A DNA stretch of 61,939 bases, filler included, from Choristocarpus tenellus KU-1152 (Eukaryota > Protista > Phaeophyceae), in the NCBI GenBank assembly GCA_964200185.2. It is 13 parts of 13 records of this genome, joined end to end, with 100 filler letters (N's around TTAATTAATTAA, not from the genome) between each part and the next. Parts side by side here need not be neighbours in the genome. Positions count along the whole stretch, not along the records: positions 45,350 to 54,986 come from CAXNAD020003514.1; positions 55,087 to 57,906 come from CAXNAD020024470.1; positions 58,007 to 61,939 come from CAXNAD020017072.1; 10 more parts are not named here. One strand, 5' to 3'. Within the stretch, counting starts at the first letter, position 1. The number at the start of each line of letters is the position of its first letter. Below, in pieces: positions 52,892 through 61,939 of this stretch. The position numbers and the translations under genes are program-made. A model generated the notes under the pieces. That model was not told the origin of the DNA. It saw nothing but the letters and a program-made list of their open reading frames with translations, and did not search any database.

Positions 52892-54243
52892 GTTTGTTGA
52901 GATTGCTAAGCAGTCGCTTGTAAGACAACTGTGCAACCCGAAGAGTGCTCACAGTCATTCTCTTGGTGGCTTAAAAGTGACCACATTATGCTCACTTTTT
53001 CTCATGTCCTCCCACTGTCCTTGATATGCGTTATTCAGAAATGAATGTTGTCTTTTGTTCACATCAAAAAATAACACAGTCAACCACAATCTGACAGGTA
53101 AGTGAGTGATCCAAGTTGCTCGGGTGAACATTATTTAAGTGCTGTAACAACGATGTTCTATGTGGTATCTTTTGGAACTCCAGCAGTCACCATTGTACCA
53201 CTGGAGAGTCTGCCGTTGTCGTTTTGAATCCTTCATAGTACAACATGATATCCAGCTCAATCCTGTCTCGCCTCTCTATCTGGATCAAGACTTCTCCCCT
53301 CGCCAAACTTTCCCCCCTCTCGCCTCCACTTTCACTACAATTTTATATTTTTTTATCCTCCACTGCTGCGATTCATTCTTGAAGAGGTAATGGTTTTTCG
53401 ACTGTGTGTGTTTTTTTCTTTCTTTTTCATGAACACCACTCTGAACAAGTCTGCAGGTACAGGGAGTTACGAGCAAAAACCTGCCAAATGATATATTAGG
53501 GTACTTGATATGAAGATGTTCTTCCACATATGGCAAATGAGTGTGCGAAGTGGTCATCACCAGGTTCCTCGTGGAAAATGGGCTTCACAGAACCATCCAA
53601 TGGCCACAATTTGCCAGCCACGACTTCCTTGCAGTACTGAACAAAATGACAATGGTCTACTGTCTGTGTGTCCCTGTCAACCTAAGGGCTTCCCGATGCA
53701 TACATTGTGAATATGTGGACTATACGCAGGAGTATTGGTCACTTTATGCCTTCATTTTTTTTTTTAATTCACTGGTTTTGCACGAATACCCCTAATTATG
53801 CCGCAAATATGATGCTTAGAAGCCTTGTATGCATGTATGATCGATGAATGTACTTCGTGTTAGACTGCTATCATTGCATACTAACCCAACAGAAGTGTTC
53901 GATGGGTAGAGTTAACCAATCTTATTCTGAATGGTATTACGGATTGGCGGTTCAACTTATTTGTGTGTACACATAGCATCTTCACATCCTGCCTACCAAT
54001 TTTTTTATGGTGAATGTCGTATCTTCTTCACGATACATGGTCATGACATCCGGGTACCATTTTATGTAACATTGTTCAAATGTCAGCGGAGTCATTATCA
54101 TACATAATCCTTAATTTTGCTAATTTCAAAATCAACTACAACTCCAGATATATGATAGTGTGTAGTGAGGTGTGTGTGTCAATAACTTACAAGCCTTGGT
54201 TGTGCTAAGGTGAAGATGGTAGTCACACCAAGGTGGGGGAGAT

Positions 54244-54433
54244 AACAGCCGATTCCAAAAATTGAGGATGGAGCTTTTCATTGAGGATGGGCTTGACCCA
54301 AAATTGACTGGGATAAAGTGTAGATACGTTTTTTGTTTTAAATGACAATACAAAAAAAAACATATCGACACTTTATCCCAGTCAATTTTGGGTCAATGAA
54401 AAGCTCCATCCTCAATTTTTGAAGTCGGCTGTT
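54244..54433. mobile_element. Foldback MITE family 3, TSD AGAT
   Basis: Near-complete palindrome AACAGCCGA...TCGGCTGTT with ~80-bp arms; AGAT at 54240-54243 and 54434-54437. Confidence 0.9.
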
Positions 54434-55251
54434 AGATACTAAACGAGAATGTATTATACATGGTTTTGGGGGGGATGCTCATTGGCCACAATTCACAAAC
54501 TCCAGAAGTCACAGTGACAGGTATGGACTGGGAGTAAATGTTCTCACCCTTCACAACGTAATACTTAACAGTGTATGATATACTCAAAGCAAGATTCCTG
54601 GACAATTGCAGGGAGAGGAGATGGACAAGGTTACAGCCCGCGATACGAAATTTATCACACGGTCGCCAACATAGCCGGCTGTAGATGCGGAGCCTCAGGG
54701 TTGGCACTACAGAGATCAGTGTGATGGTACGTATATTTGTTTATCTTGTAGGGGACTTGGATAGAGAGTCTCGTCTCTCAAAAAAGAAGCAGCAAGCGGA
54801 AGGAGTTGACCAGTAAGGGACACATCATCATCGCTTATAACATTTTCGATTAATAATGAAAGCCGTTTATTGAGGGTGAGTGGATTCCACCTGTCCAACG
54901 CTACATCTAGTAGTATAGTTCTATAGTTATGTTACAGGCGCCCCTCAATGCTCACCTTCCAGGATGTACAACTCAAATCCAACGACNNNNNNNNNNNNNN
55001 NNNNNNNNNNNNNNNNNNNNNNNNNNNNNNTTAATTAATTAANNNNNNNNNNNNNNNNNNNNNNNNNNNNNNNNNNNNNNNNNNNNCCGTCCCTCGTATC
55101 CACCTCCAACACATATCCCATCCATTCATGTACATACGTGCATTACTACCACAGGAACGGTATGAACAAAGATCAGGACATGGGTCAGAAGCGAAACCTG
55201 GTGATGTCCTGGATAGACAGACTACTGGACTGATACATACGGGCAGTTTAC

Positions 55252-55315
55252 AATCGCAACATTGGATTTTGACCCCCAAATGGACGCGACTCTACCCTCT
55301 AAGATACTTTGACTC
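55252..55315. mobile_element. MITE family 1 terminal fragment
   Basis: AATCGCAACATTGGATTTT...CAAATGGACGCGACTCTACCCTCTAAGATACTTTGACTC. Confidence 0.85.
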
Positions 55316-57612
55316 TTGAGAATATTTCTAGATACACACTGATACATACATCCTATGTTTGTGTCTGGTGTAAAATATTGCATGTATTATAAGTGGAGTT
55401 GGTTGTGTTCTGTGTGACTTTCATTATTTTCTTGCTACGCACCTTTGTGTCAAATACTTGAATACTCAGTACAACATAACTATAGTTATATGGGGGAATA
55501 ATAGGGTGTAGCTCAACCCCAATCGACACCCAACGTCCCAGAAATGGAGCTGAGCTCCATCTTGTCCCTAACCCCGCTTATGAGGGTCGTAGGCAGTGCC
55601 TCAGAAACCTCCAGTGATAGATATCATGTTCCATACCTGATCCTCTCTCCTAAGACGTGTTCACAAAGATGTGTGGTATCCCTCTGGGTTTGCTTATCCC
55701 TACCCTGAGAGTATCTTGGGAAGAGAGGGACTGTGTCCTGTGCAGCTTGAACTGCCTGATGTGGGGGGCCCAGCGTGCTTAAGGTATAGCTCCTCATGCA
55801 TCCTCTCTGCCCCATACCTTCCCTCATTTAAATATATTTCCTCCTGTTACAATGTGGAAAAATTGAACTACAGATTCACAACAAATTTGAACGTGAGAAC
55901 AGAGAAATGCTACTTGCAGATGAGAACGGCTTCCATCATTCTTTCGAAAGTGCCCACCTTAACCATTGCCAGGAGGCCAACTCTTCTGCAGGGAATCCCA
56001 GTATCCTCCCATGTTGCCAAAGGTATAACGACTCCCACATGTTATGATTGATCAATTGGGTTTTGCATTCAGGAATTGCCATTGTTGATCATTTAATTAA
56101 CATGAAGCACTTGGTCTACTAACAATGCATAATATTTTTTATTGAAGCACACACCAAATCAGAACTGTTGTACCAAGTTGTGTAATGCATAATCTATACC
56201 ATGGTCATCTCTTGCTGACCACTAGTATGGCTGAAGGGAGTTGTGTAGGGGCTTTGAGGGCGACAATGTGTTATGGGGTGTATTATGCTTGGATGTGAGG
56301 AATGTGTTCCTTCTCTATTTCGTCAACAATCTGACAACAAAGTGTCACTACTACAATTAAGCTATTTATTGTGTGATGAAAGCAATACTCTGCTTGCCTT
56401 GAGAACCTGAGGGTGCTGGGGCAGTGGGAAAGGGTATCTACACCAGATGCACTCCGTGCAATACTAACAGGGGATTAACGCTCAAAGTGTGCTAAGGTAT
56501 TGTTGATTTGTGAGGAGGTTTCCGATGAAGATATCACCACTTTCCATGAGAAAAGTGTGTTTCTACTCCAGCGCCCACTGTTGAATCAATGCTTTTGTAC
56601 ATGTTACTGTAAATTGGGGCAACTGAATCACTCTAAATCATGATAAATGGAAATTAACAATCATGGGGCAAATTTCGGCTTGATATTATATTGCGTTTCT
56701 GGACACTACTTCACAATCTGCTTCCAAAGCCCAGTGGCACTCTGTACTTTGCATACAATTCGATTTTTTCAAGTATATCCAAATTTCAAAAGTCAGTTGG
56801 ACTAATGGGTGCAAATACTAATTAGTACATGCAGTTCACATCACTAACTGTAGTCCTCATCAACGCATTAATAATATCTTGTTTGTATGTTTGCAATTAG
56901 AGACTGTTTACTACTGCACTAATCTAAACCTTTTTCTATACACCCATGTTCCATGAACTCTCTGGAAGACCCCTACTTCAGACCGAGTTTCTCACCCAGG
57001 ATGGAGATTTTACCCTCGACTAGAGTGGTTTCTCCATATTTTATAAAGGTGGGAAGTTATACAGAAATGCTTAATTTTACGAATGGTAGGCCTTATCATT
57101 AATCAATTCTATTGTCTTGGGCCACTACCTTTTTCCCCCATTGCTCCTTGTTGTCAGGACAGAGCAAATATATACTTATCCTTTCCTGCTGAAACAGTTA
57201 TACTATGTAGGAAATGTACACAGAGGTCCAGTTAAATTTATATATATCATCAGTGTACTCCAAAGCGCTATATCTAGTATGTTTCATGTCCTGCTTTAAA
57301 TATTGACCAATACCAATGCAAATATGTGTCCCAGAACAGTTTGGCGTACTAAGTATTGCCATTTTACGTGGCTGAACGAACTTTATGTTGGCAGTATGGG
57401 CGCCACATCCAAAGATTGAGCAAAAGAGATTTGAGAAAATTGATCGTGATGGGAATGGAAGTACATGGAATGTTATATCGCACAGCTGTACTTCTGTTGA
57501 CATGCACAGGTATACGCATGTACACGTCCATCCCTTGAACCTAGAAGAAACAACAGGGAAGGTCTTGTAGCCTCTTCTTAAAAATACTTCCTAGAGGTTG
57601 GCAGCTCAAAGT

Positions 57613-57712
57613 CTTTAAGCAGTGCACGTGACAAAAAGAACTTTGCTAGAAACGGATTTGAGCTTTAAGCAGTGCACGTGACAAAAAGAACTTTGCTAGA
57701 AACGGATTTGAG
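57613..57712 (+). repeat. Perfect 50-bp tandem duplication
   Basis: CTTTAAGCAGTGCACGTGACAAAAAGAACTTTGCTAGAAACGGATTTGAG x2. Confidence 0.95.
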
Positions 57713-58768
57713 CTCCCTCCTACCTTCTACCTCTGATCACAGTGGTTGCAAAGAGAGGACAGTGTCTTCAACAGAGCAATGATCTTCCCGTTCGTAACTC
57801 TGACTTCTGATTATAGGGCATTTCAGCCCAACAGATCAATCTATAGCATCAGAGGGGGTGGGTGTCACCCCTCTGGCCTAAACTACCGGATACAGAGGGG
57901 TGAACCNNNNNNNNNNNNNNNNNNNNNNNNNNNNNNNNNNNNNNNNNNNNTTAATTAATTAANNNNNNNNNNNNNNNNNNNNNNNNNNNNNNNNNNNNNN
58001 NNNNNNATGAATAATTAAAGTGTACTTTTCCTGATTTTGGTCCAAATGGACCCCCTGATGTAGACCCCTCCCCCCCCCAGATACCCCCCAGATACTTTGG
58101 GTCAAGACCATACATATGTAGTAGACATTTCACGGTTATTAGTGACCATTCAGCCTTACGGTTGCTGCATACTATGCAAGATATGTCCAATATTTCAACT
58201 CAATGGGTCCTCTAGCTCTGCAAAGTTTTGATTTCACCGTCCTTTGTATACCTGTCAGATTACATTACATACCGGATGTATTGGCACGTCCTCTCAGTAG
58301 GAAACGTTTTGTAAACATGAATCTGAACCAGTACCCCTAACTCCGATATGTCGAACCATGGGAGCAGAAACTACTACGAATGCAACTTCTCAAGCGATTA
58401 TACTATTACCTCGCCTATGAATTGTGTGTGGGTCGACTAGGTGAAATCACTAAGGTGGCAAATGACTCCAGGCTCTCTCTGTTAGCTCCATCAAGGTATC
58501 TCTGGTAGTAGATATAGAAGTTCTAGCCAAAGCTCAACATGATCAGTTTGAAGCGCATTTTAAATATCTGGCAGACCCTGCAAATTTGACACTACCCACC
58601 AAGGAAACGGCCTACTCAATGTCATATTTTTCAACACAAGAGAGGGAGAGTAAACTTTTACTATACCGATCTTATCAACCCGGTCATCTCCGTAAGGGTT
58701 GAGATTTTATGATCAAATAAATAGCACCAACTGATTGAGGTCCAGGGTTTAATTCTAAATACTCTACT

Positions 58769-59216
58769 GGCTCAAAGTATGTGTGTGTGTGGGTGTGTAC
58801 ACCAGGATGTCCATTTGGGCCTTGACCAGGAGAAGTGCACTTACATTATGAATCTGAGTTAAAGTATCTTAGAGGGTACAAGTTTTTTCCCGTTTGTCTG
58901 TTCAGGGCTTTGCTTCTCATGTTTTTTTATGACATTTTCCTATTCCAAAAATGTTTTGGAGTAGGTAAAATGTATACGATTTGGAGTAGGTATAATGTGT
59001 ATGTCCCGAACAAAGATATTGACACTTCCTACAAATATGATACCCAAAATTACATCAAAATCGCAACATTTGATTTAGGCCCCCAAATGGACGCGGCTCT
59101 ACCCTCTAAGATACTTTGACTCATTCTGATGCACGCAACCAAATCACCCCAAAATAGTCATATGGAAAAATAGGCTCCGAATGGACGGCTGCCACCCCCC
59201 CCAGATACTTTGAGCC
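58769..59216. mobile_element. Complete MITE family 2 copy in gypsy integrase, TSD TACT, itself hosting a family 1 copy
   Basis: GGCTCAAAGTAT...ATACTTTGAGCC; TACT at 58765-58768 and 59217-59220; excision restores LILNTLLHNKTAGHLAFKRTF. Confidence 0.93.
58856..59122. mobile_element. MITE family 1 copy nested in family 2
   Basis: GAGTTAAAGTATCTTAGAGGGTA...TACCCTCTAAGATACTTTGACTC; flanks ATCT / ATTCT (imperfect TSD). Confidence 0.9.
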
Positions 59217-60614
59217 TACTACACAATAAAACTGCAGGCCATCTTGCTTTCAAGCGCACATTTAACCACTAAGAGACAGATTTTGGTGGCCGACGTTACA
59301 TAAATATGTTAGGAGTTAGTGTGAAGCTTGCCAAATATGCAGAGATGGAGGACCACCCATACGACTACTCTGCGACGTGCAGGACATAAGCTCGTGAAAC
59401 GTCATTTTCAACGGCTCACTATTGACCCAGTTAAATATAAGGCCACGTTAGACGGAGCAAGATATGTGCTGTCCTCCATAGAACATCTTACAAGATTCGC
59501 AATCTTGGTTGGCATTTTAAATACACACCAAAAAAAAATTGGCTAGAGATCTTGTAGATCGCCTTTTTTTCCACATCTCTGACCCTCCTGAAATATTCCA
59601 CTCTGACCGAGGTTAATAATATGAGAATAAACTCCTGGCAGAGTTACGAAGAGTGTATGACCATACTAAACCAAGTTTACAGCATGTCAACCCCAAGACA
59701 ATAACATACGTGAAAGAAATCATTCCACGATGCATGGTACGCTGGTCATACATTAAAATATGGGCCAATCTGACTAGGTAACATTGTTGCCCTTTGTACA
59801 GCTAGCACATAACATAGCCTATAATAACACTGTTTAGGAAACTACATTTTTTCTCATGTCTGGAAGGCGCCCAATTTTACCAATCGATATTTCTTTGGGG
59901 GTTCCTGAGCCCACCCCCACAGCCTTACAAGAATGTAGTGCGAGAATGGTGGAAACTTTACCGCTAGTGAACGAACTTGTCCAGCAAAATATTGGTAACA
60001 TGGCACTGATGAATGACTCTAAGAATGATAACCAATAACTCCCACAATATATAATCCAGGGGACAAAGTGACTTCACAAACTACATACTTCAGCTGATGC
60101 ACCAAACCCCAAGTTATTATTCCCATGGAGAAGACCTCACGAAGTAAAGGCACGTTTTCACCTGTCGTTGATAACGTAAAGTGCATAGAAGACCTACGTG
60201 AAGTGACAGTTTGTGTGGTTAAACTTAAACCCCATAAAGATGGAGGCACTGAACTTTACGTGGGTACCCTTAGTTCACTTTTTCTTTGGAAGTGCATTAC
60301 CCGAACCCCATCTTGATGAGGAGTCAAGGACACAGCCAACTATTATGTCATACACTGTAGAGGGCAATATTGACCATAAGCGAGGTGTAGGAAGAAAGAC
60401 TACTCACAATTTTATGTACCGGCTTCGCCTTCAAGGATATTCGCTGGGCTGTGATGTATGATGTGAACCCCCTGAAATACGTTAATATGCCAAGATGATA
60501 TGTCATAAATGAAAGACTCTCACCCTTAAACCAGCCGAAGAACTTAATTTTCTGCCAATCAAATGTCCATCTACAAGCAACTGCGCCTCCTTCGTGGACC
60601 AGAGAGTGCGATGA

Positions 60615-60798
60615 GGGGAAAGGTATTTGGGGATGGTGGTGGCGGCTGTCCATTTGGGGCCCATTTTTCCATGCCGCGATTTTTGGATGAATTTGGTCCC
60701 ATGCGTCGGATGGATAATGTAAGTGCACTTCTCCTGACCAGGGCCCGAACGGACATCTCCAGGTGTAGACCCCTCACCCCCCCCAGATAATTTGAGCC
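60615..60798. mobile_element. MITE family 2 copy (~185 bp, uninterrupted)
   Basis: Aligns in reverse to 58769-59216 minus the nested insert; right end CAGATAATTTGAGCC, left end decayed. Confidence 0.85.
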
Positions 60799-61409
60799 TG
60801 AATTCCTCATACTAGTTACCATTAGAGTCCACAGATTGGGAATATATATGTATATATATATATTGTCCAAGGTGACGGAAGTGACGCAGATAAATTCTTG
60901 AAGATTATAGCATGGCTTAGTCCAGGTGGTATTTCGAGCTTATCGATCGGACGACTAGGCTCATGGGGTAGAAATATAACTCTTATCTGGACACGTAAGC
61001 AATTGGTTGGTCTAATCCGTAAGAAGGACGAATATTATTCAAAACACTTAATCAATACTAAATGCGCACATAATAAATACATCTGAGTCTAATTTTTCTG
61101 GTTGTCCAAGTACCTTGGTGGCAAATGTTGTATTAGAGGTGACAGTAAGAGATGATGAGTTTTCCATTAACTCTTAACACTATCCCCCTAACACTACCCA
61201 ATAGGTGACTTGATGTACCAAAGCTGTGGTGATACTGAGCCTCATCTGCTCAGATCCCCAAGTCACGTAGGATACAGGATGGTCCACACCATTTTCTCCC
61301 TAGATTTTCCACCCGTTAACACAGATTTTCATACCTTGAACTAGAGTGCGACTCAAACCTGATCACCGCTGGTCCTTTACCTTTCAATTTTTTTCTTATC
61401 TTTTTCCAT

Positions 61410-61750
61410 GAGATGATTTAACCAGGATGTTTTTTTTTCTCCCAAAGAATGACCTGTCCAACATGAAGTACTGGCTAGTGATTTTGGTTCGTCATGGACA
61501 GATCACCTTTCTGGGATCTGTTAACACCAATGAGGACAACGTGTGTAGTCATGACCATTTGTGCGTGCCATATTTTGCGACTGAGGTCAGGTCAGGTGAT
61601 GTGGCGTTCATCAGAAGCACGACTGGCTCGCAGTAACCCTGACATGAGCAGTGAATTAAAACCACCAAATCCCAATACTGTGTTTCTCTCTGACTTGGCG
61701 CAACCAATCACAACAGTGGAGATTGATCAATATGGCGTTCTGGAGCTGTC
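61410..61750 (+). pseudogene. Possible Ulp1/C48 peptidase relic (transposon-borne type)
   Basis: FFFLPKNDLSNMKYWLVILVRHGQITFLGS...PYFATE resembles the IFIPIN...HW.L..I.....I.Y.DS pattern, but the catalytic His is not retained. Confidence 0.28.
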
Positions 61751-61757
61751 AACATAT

Positions 61758-61939
61758 AACAGCCTCTCAGCAAAATTGAGGATGGAGCATACCATGGAGG
61801 ATGGGTTTGACCCAAAAGTGCCCATATGTTTTTTTTTGTAAATGTTGCAGCACTTTTTAAGGGCCCCTTTTTGAATGGGATATATTTTTGTTCAAAAATA
61901 TTTCGGTGCTTGTGGAGGGCACCGCTGCAATTTCGAAGC
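61758..61939 (+). mobile_element. MITE/TIR family 3 left end, running off the window
   Basis: Matches 43745-43940; preceded by ATAT. Confidence 0.8.

Larger units (their letters stand above)
58104..60530 (+). mobile_element. Decayed chromodomain-bearing Ty3/gypsy pol (RNase H end, integrase, chromodomain)
   Basis: QWVL*LCKV.DF, AGHLAFKRTF...FWWP, YVLSSIEHLTRFAIL, FHSDRG, LPFVQLAHN, YTVEGNIDHKRGVGRK...YRLRLQGY. Confidence 0.9.

Noticed and set aside
53100-53760. hAT dimerisation-domain relic on the minus strand, and a copia gag relic at 54560-54860
   Set aside because: Only loose pattern resemblance, with no diagnostic motif intact.
55930-56620. MULE transposase/SWIM relic on the minus strand (WEDTGIPC; QWAL..KHTF)
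   Set aside because: It needs several frameshifts and lacks key Cys/His residues; too weak to call without an HMM.

Overview
This is eukaryotic nuclear DNA, not a prokaryotic locus: it has GT-AG introns, LTR/LINE/DNA-transposon relics and interstitial TTAGGG repeats. A stramenopile, probably a brown alga, is my inference. The window is 13 short contigs joined by artificial 100-bp linkers (N44-TTAATTAATTAA-N44), so neighbourhood across linkers is meaningless. Host genes: a 5' fragment of a GCN5 histone acetyltransferase, a complete 4-exon ALG11 mannosyltransferase head-to-head with a 5' fragment of VPS18/PEP3, and internal exons of a large repeat-rich, probably secreted protein. The rest is mostly mobile DNA, including four decayed Ty3/gypsy copies (two with chromodomains) and weaker RTE-LINE, Helitron, copia and hAT relics. 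The most notable signal is a dense set of short non-autonomous TIR elements. Two related families share the terminal motif GRNNNAAAGTATCT and an inner GTCCATTTGG box, and a third has AACAGCC ends. All make 4-bp target-site duplications that can be read directly, and families 1 and 2 nest in each other and in gypsy integrase. Excising two family-1 copies in contig 1 rebuilds a hidden reading frame resembling the C-terminus of a Sola2-like DDD transposase, the type of enzyme expected to mobilise them. No CRISPR array, rRNA or tRNA gene was found.
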